From: Octopus vulgaris
Lineage: Eukaryota
Direction: 5' to 3'
Length of the DNA stretch: 64,000 bases
Assembly (NCBI GenBank): GCA_951406725.2
Contig: OX597838.1
Coordinates: forward strand, 17,298,001 to 17,362,000
Of the stretch, positions 12,154 through 26,100 are shown piece by piece. The notes under the pieces were generated by a model that saw nothing but the letters and a program-made list of their open reading frames with translations, did not search any database and was not told the origin of the DNA. Numbering within the stretch: the first letter of the stretch is position 1; every line of letters starts with the position of its first letter. The position numbers and the translations under genes are program-made.

Positions 12154-14176
12154 TATATAAATAGATGTAGACATACACACCTATATATTCATATGTACAT
12201 ACATAAACATGCTCATACATGTAAACTTTAGTGATTGGTTTCTCTGTGAAAACCCTACTGAAGACATAGCGATGCATATTGTAACTTAGTATACACAGAA
12301 CAGGGAGCACACAAAAAAAAGATACGGATACTACGCTAAGCATTGAAATAGCGCAATACATACACACACACACATGCACACACATGCACACACACACATA
12401 TATATACTTTATTTATGAGTTAAAGCTACCATTTGAGACAATCACTGATTTTCCATGTGATGACCTTAATCCACAAATAAAGAATTTTTATCCACCAATG
12501 CGACGTTGGCAACTCATTTACGTACATACATATATATACATACACACATACAAATGTACATGTAGATATGTATCCTTAATAGCCCAGACAAGATATAGAT
12601 GAATACAAGGTGCAGACACACACACACACACACAGAGTCCCATTTAAGAATCCATAAACCAGGAAAAAATGCACTCGTGTATTTGTCAGTAGAGCGGGTA
12701 TATTAATTGAAGTGTATAGTATTATATATCCATTCATAATGTGTACAGCGATAGTTCCCCTTTTCCTTCCTTTCTTACCCTGGTCCCATAGTTGACCAGT
12801 CACAAACTCTCTGTCTCTCCGTTCTCCATCCTTCAAGACATCTTCTAAGCGTTACTTACTATTCCCGCCTCCTTGGCCCAAGGCTGTATTTCGTTTGACC
12901 CTTCGTTGTTGTCCACCATCCTAAATCATACTCTGTGTCCTCTTGCTTGTTTTGTTTTGTTTTGTTCTGGTTGCCCTTGTCCCTAATTCTCCTCAAGAAA
13001 ACTTAACATCTTTTGGCGGGCACTGCCAATTGGGAAGAGCTTAGTTTTCCTTAAACGACACGCACGTAACTCTCGGTGTCATAGCAATAATCTTTTGATT
13101 GCTTAGTAGCCAGACGTTAATCTGGTTGTCGGCAAACTCAATATTTCCTTTATTGTAAGGAATGGTAATTATTCATTAATACAACACTGTGAATAATAAT
13201 ATATGAATAAGTGTCATTACATATCAGTACAGCACTCAACTAGAAAAACTCCATTTCTCTGAGATACTATTTAGCACAGAACTCAAGACTCCTCGCTTGG
13301 TATCACTAAATGTAAATAATAGAACTACAATAAACATTTACATGTCTAAATTGTGTATATTCTTCTCTGTGTTTTTCATATTTCTGAATCTCAAGAACTA
13401 AAAGTAAAGAATCTGCCGAGAATCTATTCATTATAACACCTTAGTCCACTTCAGCAACCGTAAAAGACAAACGAATGATTGTGGAAAGCTATAATTTAGA
13501 TATAATGTGACATGTAAAGAAATGTATAATTATACCTGTACAAATTCCGTTTCCTCTAATAAACGGAAGTGGGTCAGGGGAAATCTTTGATGAACACACC
13601 TCGTACGAAATAATGAAGAAAAAATAAGCTAGTGTATATGCGATGCATATTAGCAATAACGAAATCTTTTGATTTTGTTCGAGTGTGTAACACAATTGTT
13701 CGATGGTGTTCGACATTCCGCCTGCTTGGCATATTGAAATATTCCAGTGAAAAATACCAATTTATGATCACAAAAACACTGATGTACTTTAGAAATTGTT
13801 ATTCAGCAGTGCAGTAGTATAAGTAATAAGCATCATTTATCCCGTTTCATAATATTGAATTTCATCTCTGCTCCAGGAAGTATTAGTTTTCGCTAAGCAT
13901 TATATTTCAGTGGCTGATTATGTTATCGAAATAATCAGGTATGCAAGATTATCGCTTTCCATCAGTAGCGAAGACGAATGTTAATTATTTTGGTGTATCA
14001 ATGGATAGTCTAGACTCTGTAGAAATTTGTCAGACTATTGGTCTTATATTTTACATTTATTACATAATACGTTCAATAATTTCCAAAGTAGCTTATATCG
14101 AGATGGTGGGTTCGTTATTATACAAACTATGAATTTCGGGCAGTTAGATAGCTTTCGGGAAAATCTTTTTGTGTTA

Positions 14177-14737
14177 TCTATTATATAAAATCCGTTCTGT
14201 CTGTCTGTGTGTGTCTTCTAGGATCTCGGGCATCCTCCATCCGATTGCGCTCAAATTTGATGTGTAGATACCGACGGTATCAGGGCGTGTATAAGTCTTG
14301 AAAAAAAACTTACAAAAATCGATTCCAGATGAGAATGCGATCGATAAAGCCGTTTTTGTCCTGCTTTTCTTCCGTCAACCTGTACATAAATGCACCTTCC
14401 ATTTTTTGTTGTTTTTGTACTGCTTAAAGGCACGTTTCTATCCTGCCAATCTTACTGTTTAAACCATGTTTGTGTTCTCCCAGTCAACAGCCTTATCATT
14501 ACTGGTACATTAAACTCTTCGGTTGCATATTTGTGTGAATAAAATCCGTTTTTCTTTGGAATAGAAAAAAGTCTATCATTATTTCTTCTTTTGCTGGTGT
14601 CTAAATTTGAATTTAGGTTAAATTAGTGTTTCTCAAAGGGGAGGCCTATGGGACGGTTGGACAAGTTGTTTTGAGAAAATTTGGTTTAAATGTTTGACAA
14701 CTCAGCACCGTCCATTGGACGGGGAGCGTTTTGCTCG
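14177..14737 (+). mobile_element. Non-autonomous Helitron
   Basis: 5' A|TCTATTATATAAAA followed by (TCTG/TG)n; 3' hairpin CCGTCCA-T-TGGACGG (14708-14722), then CTCG|T (CTAG-like). Confidence 0.7.
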
Positions 14738-14790
14738 TCTATTAACTAAAGATTACTGCTTTTTCAACTTTATATATAGTCAATTTTTGT

Positions 14791-15143
14791 GGAGGCGCAA
14801 TGGCCCAGTGGTTAGGGCAGCGGACTCGCGGTCATAGGATCGTGGTTTCGAATCCCATACCGGGCGTTGTGAGTGTTTATTGAGCGAAAACACCTAAAGC
14901 TCCACGAGGCTCCGGCAGGGGATGGTGCTGATCCCTGCTGTACTTTTTCACCACAACTTTCTCTCATTCTTACTTCCTGTTTCTGTTGTACCTGTATTTC
15001 AAAGGGCCGGCCTTGTCACTCTCTGTTTCACGCTGAATATCCTGTGGAGTGCTCAGCCACTTACACGTTAATTTCACGAGCAGGCTGTTCCGTTGATTCG
15101 GATCAACCGGAACCCTCTTTGTCGTAACCGACGGAGTGCTTCC
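14791..15143 (+). mobile_element. SINE family B, tail type 1, small internal deletion
   Basis: A-box TGGCCCAGTGG, B-box GTTTCGAATCCC; TSD ATAGTCAATTT at 14776-14786 and 15144-15154. Confidence 0.93.
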
Positions 15144-15539
15144 ATAGTCAATTTATCAGATATCATCTTAAATTTAGAAACCAACAATTCCCATTGAAGA
15201 AATCGAGTAAAAGCCTGCAGTACATAAATATTGCTTCAAACTATCCGCTTATTGTAAAACATTTAGTGAAAATGTTAGTTTACACTTATTGAGTACTTCG
15301 CCTAAGAGACACTCGGGACCAATGAGAAGATTAACAAATTTATTTTGTCAGAAACAGCAATAAAGTCATGGGAAAAAGGACAATACGGAAGGGGTTAATT
15401 TCAAGGAGACTAGCTCGCTCGATTACTTTTCATGATTACGTTAATTTTACTGATAAGCATACTAAAAAAACCTTGCCTATGAACTTGCTAAAACCAAGAT
15501 CTTTTATAAAGGATACAAAGACAGAAGTTTTAGTTATTA

Positions 15540-15925
15540 GGAGCACTCCGTCGGTTGCGACGAAGAGGGTCCCAGCTGATACGATCAACGGAACAGCTTG
15601 CTCGTGATATTAACGTGCAAGTGGCTGAGCACTCCACAGACACGTGTACCCTTAACGTAGTTCTCGAGGAGATTCAGCGTGACACACAGAATGTGACAAG
15701 GCTGGCCCTTTGAAATACAGGTACAAGAGAAACAGGAAGAAAGAGCGAGAGAAAGTTGTAGTGAAAGAGTACAGCAGGGTTCACCACCACCCCCTGCCGG
15801 AGCCTCATGGAGCTTTTTAGGTGTTTTCGCTCAATAAACACTCACAATGCCCGGTCTGGGAATCGAAACCGCGATCCTCCGACCGCGAGTCTGCTGCCCT
15901 AACCACTGGGCCATTGCGCCTCCAC
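15540..15925 (-). mobile_element. SINE family B, tail type 1
   Basis: Reverse complement of 52022-52410. Confidence 0.93.
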
Positions 15926-16144
15926 CAATGACAGAAGTACAGGAATAGAAAAGAAGAATTTGAGAAGCTGCTATTCACAGTGCTTAACGCTCACCAAAAG
16001 AGCAAACGTTTGTTAAATGCAGAAGACACCATTAGTATATTGCAATATCGGGTTTGAAAAAATTTTGTTGTGCATAGTGAGAAAGAAGATTCTCAGCGGC
16101 TAGAACTACCCAGGAAGTCATTGAGAAAGTGTGTGTGTCTGTGT

Positions 16145-16189
<45 letters not shown>

Positions 16190-16260
16190 GAGAATAGGAT
16201 CGAAAGAATTGTATAGGAAGATTTTTTTTTTACTTAAACCTTATTTAAGTTGAGTTTATA

Positions 16261-16826
16261 TTGGGTTGTCCAGAAAGTTCGTGCCGATTTATAGTAGCTT
16301 ACCTTCCGACTTATTTTACAACATGGTTGAGTCCATAAAACAGGATTTGACTACACCCCCATTTAGAGCACAGTTTAAGCTATCTTTTTGTGGAAGAAAG
16401 TTTATGTTCCTATAACCTGTGTTAATTCTGTAACCCTTTAAAATGGAAGATAAGAAAGTTCATTTTCAGCACTTGTTGCTTTGGGAACCAGACAGAAATT
16501 GCTGCAGCTCGGCTGGGATGTGTTTCCCCACCCTCCATATTCACCAGATATTGCTCCATCGGATTCCCACTTATTCAGGTCTCTGCAGAATAGTCTTAAT
16601 GGTAAAAATTTCAATTCCTTGGATGACGTAAGAAGATACCTTGATGAATTCTTTGCCACGAAACTACCTCAATTCTGAGAAGAGGGTATTTTGAAGTTAA
16701 AGGAAAGATGGAGACGCATTGTGCAACAAGATGGTTCATATTTGGTTGATTAAAAATGTAATAGCAAGTATTTATTGACCTTTTTCTTCCCTTTAAAACT
16801 TGGCACGAACTTTCCGGACAACCCAA
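16261..16826 (+). mobile_element. Internally deleted mariner element
   Basis: TIRs TTGGGTTGTCC(A/G)GAAAGTTCGTGCC, TA on the left. The N-terminus MEDKKVHFQHLLLWE is fused to the C-terminus LGWDVFPHPPYSPDIAPSDSHLFRSLQN...KLKERWRRIVQQDGSYLVD*. Confidence 0.95.
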
Positions 16827-17228
16827 AATTTATTTGTTGCCGTTGTCTTTGTGGTTGCTGATGTCAGCGTCATCTTCGTCGCCGACATTGACGTTGTCAT
16901 CGTCGTCATTGTCCTTATTGTCATCGACAGACCAGCAATGATCGAGTAGGCTATAATTACAGACATTCCAACTGTATTTACGGGTATCACGGAATGCATT
17001 ATGCAGGATGTCCTTCCTTTTTCGTGACAGCAAGGTATGATTTAAAAGAAGCTTTGACTGATATTACCGACAGGTTGCTTTACCATGCAGGTGCTTTAGC
17101 AATGGTTCGTTATTTCTTTTGTTTTGCCCCGAGCAATATCTGCATACCACGTCTTTCTGTACAACTGCCATCTCTCAAGACGTACGAAAGCTAAGCTGAA
17201 CATTGTTAGAATGTTTTAAGTTAGAAGT

Positions 17229-17287
<59 letters not shown>

Positions 17288-17436
17288 TCACGCTCACACA
17301 CACACACACACACATACACACACACATAAACACACACATATATATATATAACTAAAATTGTCCGATGAACGGGAACGTGAAACACTGAGTAATAGTTTAT
17401 AGGTTTTGTGATATCTTTGCAGCTTTACTAATAAAG

Positions 17437-17478
17437 TGTATATACATACATATATATATATATGTATATATATATATG

Positions 17479-17509
<31 letters not shown>

Positions 17510-17510
17510 G

Positions 17511-17591
<81 letters not shown>

Positions 17592-17616
17592 GTATATATA
17601 TATATGTATATATATG

Positions 17617-17647
<31 letters not shown>

Positions 17648-17658
17648 GTATATATATG

Positions 17659-17689
<31 letters not shown>

Positions 17690-17766
17690 GTATATATATG
17701 TATATATATATACATATATATATATGTATATATATGTATATATATATACATATATATATATGTATA

Positions 17767-17815
<49 letters not shown>

Positions 17816-17853
17816 ATATATATGTATGTATATATATATGTATGTATATATAT

Positions 17854-17894
<41 letters not shown>

Positions 17895-17930
17895 TATATG
17901 TATGTATATATATGTATATATATATGTATA

Positions 17931-18002
<72 letters not shown>
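17437..18002. repeat. Interrupted (TA)n array
   Basis: Direct inspection. Confidence 0.95.
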
Positions 18003-18003
<1 letters not shown>

Positions 18004-18102
18004 CTGATAAACAAGTTGTTTATACTTTTAACCTTTAAAGGTATTTTAATATGCTGCCACTTTTGATGAAATTTTTTCTGAAAAATTTTTTATCCCATAT
18101 TA

Positions 18103-18181
<79 letters not shown>

Positions 18182-18804
18182 AATGTATGTGTGTGTTGTA
18201 TGGAGGTGTGTGTGTATATGTGTGTAAGTAAGCGAAAGTTGTACGAGATGAAAAGGAAGACAGTATAATAGACAATAAGAAAAAACAGCGAAGTAGGAGA
18301 GATTGGAGATGTCAGAGCTTTTGCACAATCTATGTGAATAAATTATTTGTAATATAGCGCTTTGTCTCTATTTTAGAATAGTATTAAAACCGGGTAATGT
18401 GATATCTGCTTTACACGACGAAAATAGTGATTGGGGAGGAAAGTGTCGCGTTTCTTCGGTGAGACAAGTTGAAATGGCAGTAAAAGCTGATAGAGGCTTG
18501 TATTGAGAAATAAATCAATTGTGTTCCTGACTCGAGAATGGGTTCTCATATAGACTTGCTCAAAAAAAACTATTTTTATCTGCTTAAGGTAAACATTGCG
18601 TTCTTTTTTTGTATTCGTCTTCGTTGTCTTCTGAAAATGGTATCGATTCAAAAACTGAACCGAGTTAAAAAAAAAACATTAAAAGTAAATGTGAAGAATT
18701 GCTAAAAAAAAAATTTTTAGATTTTAACGAATCTTTTACATTATAAATGCATACACATGCATCTAGTACAAATTTATTTATGTCTGATATATACATACAT
18801 ACAC

Positions 18805-18846
<42 letters not shown>

Positions 18847-18847
<1 letters not shown>

Positions 18848-19213
18848 TAGCAGTATCGCCCGGCGTTGCTCAGGTTTGTAAGGGAAATAACTATAAAGCA
18901 TTTTTAGAGAGTTATAGCCAAAAAATAGCAAAAAAATGGAAAAAAAAGGATGGTAAATTTTTTTTGAGAGTTAAAAAGGTCGAGTTGCGTCCCCTAGAGA
19001 GTCTGTGGTTTGTGTTTCTGATTCTCGACCCCATGTCGAATTTATCGATTTTTTTCAGAACTGGGGGAACTTTTCAAAATTTTCGCTGCGTTAGTTTTGA
19101 ATTATGACATTGGGCTATGTGTGTGTCAAGTTTCATCAGAATCGGTTGAAAGCCGTGGTCAGGGTGAGGGTACAACCTGACAGACACACAGAAACACACA
19201 CAGACAAACTGCC

Positions 19214-19266
<53 letters not shown>
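18847..19266 (-). mobile_element. Non-autonomous Helitron, family E
   Basis: Minus strand ends in hairpin CCTGAGCAACGCCGGG plus CTAG|T; 5' TCTC(TA)n; near-identical to 45449-45808; inserted in (TA)n. Confidence 0.85.
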
Positions 19267-19281
<15 letters not shown>

Positions 19282-19689
19282 CATTCTTTTACTTATTTAT
19301 CATTCAAACTTCTCGTTCAAATTGATTCCAGGAATTTTCCGATAATTCTAACGTCTTCAGAACTATTAGACCGAATATTCACGTTGGAGTTGTTTAACTC
19401 TGATTCGTCCCTGATCGAGCAAACATATGATGAATAGTGTTCTATCCGTGACTATCCTGTCTTATTTTCAAGCGTATTTTAAGTAAAATTTTATAAAATC
19501 ATTCAGTTGGGACTGGACTGGACTGGACTGGATAAAGGATATATGACGAATGGTGAACGATAACGCTGATTGACTGGATTCTGAGAAGAGGCGACTCGGG
19601 AAACAGAAGATGACAACGATGAAAATGCAAGGATTTGACTAAAATTCAACTTCGGTGATTTTAAGTTAAATAAGTTTCTATAGAAACAG

Positions 19690-20000
19690 AGGGCCGACCA
19701 ATGCCTTGGGAGTGGAATTGGTAGACGGAAACTGAAAGAAGCCTGTCGTATATATGTATATATATATATGCGTGTGTGTGTTTGTGTGAGTGTGTTTGTC
19801 CCCCCTAGCATTGCTTGACAACCGATGCTGGTGTGTGTTTATGTCCCCGTCACTTAGCGGTTCGGCAAAAGAGACCGATAGAACAAGTACTGGGCTTACA
19901 AAAGAATAAGTCCCGGGGGTCGATTTGCTCGACTAAAGCGCGGTGCTGCAGCATGGCCGCAGTCAAATGACTGAAACAAGTAAAAGAGTAAAGAGTAAAG
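19690..20000 (+). mobile_element. SINE family A, 5'-truncated
   Basis: Colinear with 50550-50868. Confidence 0.9.
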
Positions 20001-20794
20001 TCTTTAAACTATAGCGGGAAAAAAATAGCTGATTTGATTGGCTAACATATATTGGATGGTGAAGTTGGCGGAAATGTGTCGTGTGAATAAATGATTGCTG
20101 TTTTTAAAGTAACATGTTCTGTGAGTGCTACAGTGGAATCATTGTACATCAATTTAAAGAGATGCCATAAAAGTTTATTTCGTTGCTAAATATCATTACT
20201 CCGCCTCAAGAAATAACATAAATATAAATGGCTCCTTGATGTTCTGAGTTTATATGTATATAAGTTACGTACGTATGCAGTCTATCAAGCTCCCAATGCG
20301 ATTTCATATTTGTTTCTCTACGAAACTGTCAATTGTCTATCTATACGTGTATGTAACTCTTGTGAGTCAACGGCCATCCAATAAATGTTAAGGCTGTATC
20401 ATGCGCGGGGACATATAAATAATCGAAGCTGGGGGAAAGAAGGTATTCACACGATGCCCCACGATTACTGTTACACGAGGTTAAACGCTCTCAGTCTCGG
20501 TACACCCTGAACTGATTTCTTTATTAGGGATAAAGCCTTAAATATAGAGGGGACACTAGGAGGACAGACAACACAAACGTGAGGTACATATAATGATTAA
20601 CGAATCATTTACGAGATGTGAAAAAATTATGACAATGAAAATGGCTTTCTACCATCCAAAGTAGAAAGTTGCATTTTACTGCTTTTACAGTTCAGTTTGT
20701 ATTTCTCTTTCTCTTTGTTTTTTCCTATATCAGAAAACTTGTCATCGCTTCAAAAGTTATCACAGGTCGGCACACAATGAACTGCTTACCCTGA

Positions 20795-21022
20795 ACTCTT
20801 TTACTCTTTACTCTGTTACTTGCTTCAGTCATGTGACGGTGGCCATACTAGAGCACCGTCTTTAGTCGATCAAATCGACCCCAGGACTTATTCTTTGTAA
20901 GCCTAGTACTTATTCTATCGGTCTATTTTTTGCCGAACCGCTAAGTTACGGGGACGTAAACACACCAGCATCGGTTGTCAAGCGATGCTAGGGGGACAAA
21001 CACAGACACACAAACACGCACA

Positions 21023-21058
<36 letters not shown>
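20795..21058 (-). mobile_element. SINE family A, 3' half (5' half at 22823-23025)
   Basis: Homology stops at the internal (TA)n and resumes at 22862. Confidence 0.9.
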
Positions 21059-21059
<1 letters not shown>

Positions 21060-21709
21060 TACAAAATTAGAGAATGGAGAAACATACTTAAATCAGTAAA
21101 ACATCAACTATCCGATGATACTCAATCCATACTTTAATACACCATTACATATGAGTAAAGGCAATATATAAAATGAAATGAGATATACAGTAATAGTAAA
21201 AGTAAAAAGATAAAGAGATATAAGTAAAAAATTTCAAATATAATATGCAAATAAATCAAAACTGACAGCTGTTTCGGCAGTGAGGACAGTCATACCTCAT
21301 TTAACCTATAAGCCATAAAGGCAGGTATAAATGAGGCATTAACAAGGATGCCCCACGGCCTCTTCAGAGAATTAAATTAAATTTGTTATAATAGTGAAAA
21401 ATATTATATAATCATATACATATAAATATAAAAATATAAAAATGTAAAATATAAAAACTTATATATCATAATGCTACACTTATATAATATAATACACATT
21501 TGTACAAAAAGGAAGGTAAACAGAACAATATAAAACAAAATATATAACAGTGTATATATTAATATTAATAAGTACCGATATTATACATATTTGGCTAATA
21601 GTTTTTTTTATAAAAAAAAAGGCTAACACATATGGAGATGAAAAATAATAATTAAATCCGTGGTACAGTTCATAAAATTCTAAAGCTATAAAAGTTAATA
21701 AAAATTACT

Positions 21710-21753
<44 letters not shown>

Positions 21754-22817
21754 TAATAATAATAAAAAAATACTAAAAATAGATACAGTTAAGTTAGCAC
21801 CAAGTCCATCCTTTCAAGATCGAAATAACTATGAATTAAGAAATGCTGACCACTAGGTAAAGAAAATTTAGATTAATTCGATTGGCTATTGGTTTGAAAT
21901 TTAAATCACAAAAGAAAATTATACGGTTGGTTAGTCAAGGAACGCCAATATTCACACACGCATCTACAGATCAATCGCACATACACACATAGTTATATGT
22001 ATATACATACACTTATACACATACAAAATTACAAGCAACAACTAGCACTTAGATAAACAAAAAAGGGAAGCAACTATGCTAACATTTAGTCCTTCAAAAT
22101 TATAACTGAGCCTTAATAACAAAAAAAGAACCATCCATGCATTCTATAAAATATTTAATTTAGATATAAATATATTTTTAAATATCAGTATGTTACTAAT
22201 TTAGATAATTATTTCATGGGTAACTTAAAATTTATAACACCGGTTTGTTACAGAGTAAACATACGGTTGTTAGGTTTATCGTAAGTTTGTTATGATTTTA
22301 AGTACGCTAAATTATAAAATATAAAATATAAAATATATATTAATTTAAATATTATAAATAAGTCACTTATTAACTTAATAAATATAGTGCCATAATATAC
22401 CAGTTTAGGCATTAAAGAATAGAAGGGAAAGTATTAATGTAAACGCTTATGAGAACATCACAGAAATTTTAAATAAATTTTATATTATAAAGACTTAAGA
22501 TGAAAAGAGATAAAATAAATAAAAAGGAATAAATACGAAGGAATAAATACGGTTATACACATAATTATAAGTACAAACTAGTATATATGTATTCATATAT
22601 TATTAAAATTAAATACAAATAAATGATAGATATGTATGTATAAAACTACACCCGTATAAGTAAATAAGTAAAAAATAAATAGGTAACAAAATAGATGACT
22701 TGATATGTATGTAAACATCTACACTTAAATAGGCAAATAAATAAATGAATAGAAGACTAGATGCAAAGATTGATAATATTACAATAAAATGGGAAATAAA
22801 TAAAAATAAATAAAGTG

Positions 22818-22822
<5 letters not shown>
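21059..22822 (-). mobile_element. AT-rich HHR-bearing insertion (PLE-type, no ORF) nested in a SINE A microsatellite
   Basis: Bounded by (TA)n on both sides and by the two complementary halves of one SINE A; HHR ~200 nt from its 3' end. Confidence 0.7.
21262..21369 (-). ncRNA. Hammerhead ribozyme with long extended stem II
   Basis: CU-CUGAAGA-GGC...GCC-GAAAC-AGCU-GUC-AG. Stem II continues as GUGGGGCA/UGUCCUCAC and AUGCCUCAUUUA/UAAAUGAGGUAU. Confidence 0.8.
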
Positions 22823-22860
<38 letters not shown>

Positions 22861-23025
22861 TACGACATGCTTCTTTCAATTTCCATCTACCATATCCACT
22901 CACAAGGATTTGGTCGGCCCGAGGCTTTAGTAGAAGACACTTGCCCAAGGTGCCACGCAATAGGACTTAACTCGGAACCATGTGGTTCGCAAGCAAGCTA
23001 CTTACCACACAGCCACTCCTACGCC
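22823..23025 (-). mobile_element. SINE family A, 5' half
   Basis: Ends CTTACCACACAGCCACTCCTACGCC, the reverse of the head. Confidence 0.9.
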
Positions 23026-23523
23026 TATACTGCTGACAGTTTTTTAAAATTTTATACCAATGTGTCAATCTACTTTTAGTCACATGGGGTGGTCGGAATC
23101 CTTCCACAGCAGTTTTCCAAGAATTCTAACCAATTTCTAAGACTTTCTAAACACTCGTAAGGATACTTAAGCTTGTAAATATTCTCTCTTAACTTTCTTT
23201 AATTCCGTATATCTGTCCAGTATTTCATAATACTATCTAACACTCTCAAGCTATCTCTAAGCATTTTACAATTTAACACACAAGACAACAATCATAATTA
23301 ACGAATAGGTCGCATATGGTTCTTAGAACTGTTAGAAATAGCAGTAGGTCTCTCTCAGAACACCCACCACTGTTTTGAAAAAAACAAGGGGTGGTGACAT
23401 TCAATAATGTAATAACGTTTGAGTTAGATGATATCTGCATGACAGATTTAATGATATTTTAATGCATATAGTAGACACGTTTATATTTCTCTTTGCATGT
23501 GTGTGTGTGTGTGTGTATGTGTG

Positions 23524-23561
<38 letters not shown>

Positions 23562-24887
23562 CCTGTGTGAAGTGGATATGTCCGTATATTTCTACACAAG
23601 AAAGAGACATGAGCTTCACAAGTACAGTTAGATACCGTTTGAGATTTAAAAAATGCTGCGTCACAATGTGGTTATGTGATATGAGCCTGGAATTTGTAAC
23701 AGAACCCGACCTTGTATAATATTTCAATCTGATTCCAATTCCATTTTGGCGATGATGGTGGGATACTTTTCTAATTATATAAATGATGTTGCATTCAAGT
23801 TTCAATTTATTTACATTTTCAAAAACAAATTTATTTCTGTAGTGCATCAGTTCTTATATAATTTAGAGTTGTATTTCGAGCGAGATTGTAAAGAATAGAC
23901 GGATGATGGTAGCTGGGACTCTAGAACTATAGACTTAATCCCTTTGTCTGTCCTTGTTTGTCCCCTCTTTGTTTAGCCCCTTGTGGGCAATAAAAAAGTT
24001 AGAACTTTAAGGATCTAAGAAAATATAGGGGTTATATCAACTTTGTTGTGAATCCTCTTGCTTGAAATGCTATCAATATTTACATCTATGTCAGCGATAT
24101 TATTTCACGTCATGGAATCAATGCCAGATTAAAGATTAAGCTTTAGGGGAGAAGAGACCTTCGCCAGCTACCATCATTTAAATATGCTCTTTTATTCTGT
24201 TTGTTGAATTTCATCACGTTGATCAAATTGGAGTTCCGTATAGACACCTAATTTGCTGATGACTTTCGGATGTTTTTGGAACCGCTAGCAAAATGAGAAG
24301 AGGGACAGAAGAAAAATTATTTTAGTGCTTTAATAACTGTGATGTCATTTATGTATACTATAAAGTGAAGTGTGCCCAAAACAATGTCTCGGGACACAAG
24401 GCTGGGAACACTACATAAAGCTTTTGTTGGCAGCATTAATCTTTGTTGATAACATTTACTCCGTTGCATCAGTTTCGCACGTATCCCAATGTGGGACCGC
24501 TTACGTGTCATCGAATTTCTTTTTTTGTTTATTGTTTCATTGGTTTCAGTCACGGGATTGTAATTATGCTGGGGCTCCACTGTCAAGGCATTTAGTCAAG
24601 TATATCGAACCTAGTATTTAGTCTTGGACACAATATAACAATCCCTATTAACCAAATGGTTTTGTCTTTTCAGAGAGTTACATTGCTTTATGTGTGTAAA
24701 ATATCACAATCACAGAATCACATATGAACACTGTTACACCCGCCTTAACTTCCCTCCCTGACCTCCTCTCACAGAACTGCATTCCTACATGTTCCCAAAT
24801 CCTTACTTTTTTCTTTTTCCAACAAGTTTTCATTCTTTTCATTCGCCCACCACCTTTTCACATCCATTTATATTTTCTTTTCTATCT

Positions 24888-24923
24888 TTCTCTGATGAAT
24901 AACTGGCGTCCGAAACGTCGAGG
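24888..24923 (+). ncRNA. Hammerhead ribozyme motif (intact core, eroded stems)
   Basis: CUGAUGAA-UAAC UGGC GUCC-GAAAC-GUC-GAGG, ~85 nt before a (TA)(TG) array. Confidence 0.7.
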
Positions 24924-25004
24924 TCCGCAATTTCTATGCGTTAAACTTACGCAACATTTGTTAACATTTGTCCCTCTCATGTTGTCTTCTATTTGTGCTC
25001 GTTG

Positions 25005-25109
<105 letters not shown>

Positions 25110-25111
25110 TC

Positions 25112-26100
25112 AGTGTATGCAATAAAAAGAGATCCACAAGATCACAGATGTCTGCACTGTCATATGATCTCATCGATACATCTAACAACTCATCTGAACC
25201 GGATTTTGCTACCCATGCTGAGCTCTTACTAAATAGAAGAGATTTTCTCGTACGCGTGATAAAGTCCAGGTATATTTGGTCTATATTCACATAAGTTTTC
25301 GCAAACTCAGTCACCTTATCTAGCAATGATCTCGTCGTCGAGGGATACAAATTAGCAATGAACCTTTCTCTGTTTATATCCTTTATATTCCTAAACCAAT
25401 TTATGACTGCTGCTATTATTCCGTTGTTGTAGTCTCTCTAATTCTGATATTAATCTTTCTTTTTTTTTTTAGCTACGAAACCCATTTCAGTCCAAGCTCG
25501 ATTTAAAAGTCTGCTAGTAGACGTATTACTGAAATTGGGTTTGTTATCTTGTAGGGTAATAGAAGCTTTTCGTTTTGCTAAGCATTCAACCTATCATCAA
25601 CGTTACCCCTTTTAGAGATGAATCTAGCCTCGTTGTTAATATCACTGAATCTACCTATATCAGTTTTCCTATATTTAACAGATATGGTATCGTGTAGCAA
25701 GTTATCATATAAATCATTATTAGATATATATATTAAATATATACAGGTTATTATTCTTATCTGAAAATACAAATTTGTTTCTAATACCAGATTTTAGTTA
25801 AGTTTGAAAATGGTCATAGTACTTACGAAATCTAATATTAGTTACTAAATCAAGGAGGTCTGCTTAGAAAGAAGCTAAATCTTTTACCTTGGGCGAATAT
25901 TTATGAGTTTTTAAATCATAACGTTCTGTGAAAGTAGATGTTAACGCTCCATCAATAAATAAAAGAATCCATCTCTTCCATCGCACTAGCACATCAACTT
26001 TCCCTAGAAGCATCTTAAGGTATAGTTTATTTGTTGGTATAGGTGTAGTATTTATGAGATATTTCAAGGGATATAGATTCATAATAGTGTCTATAGATTT
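25112..26100 (-). mobile_element. Penelope-like element, decayed N-terminal and RT region
   Basis: ASITLQDNKPNFSNTSTSRLLN and YPS...LLDKVTEFAK...TRKSLLFS...WV.KSG...LLDVSMRSYDSADICDLVDLFLL match the PLE RT pattern AFITLKDHKPNF / FDVTMGSYDGAEVCELVG. Confidence 0.85.

Noticed and set aside
17397-18038. Long YI-repeat ORFs (also at 34.9-35.6 kb, 39.6-40.0 kb and 47.4-49.1 kb)
   Set aside because: Translations of (TA)n arrays, open in many frames on both strands.
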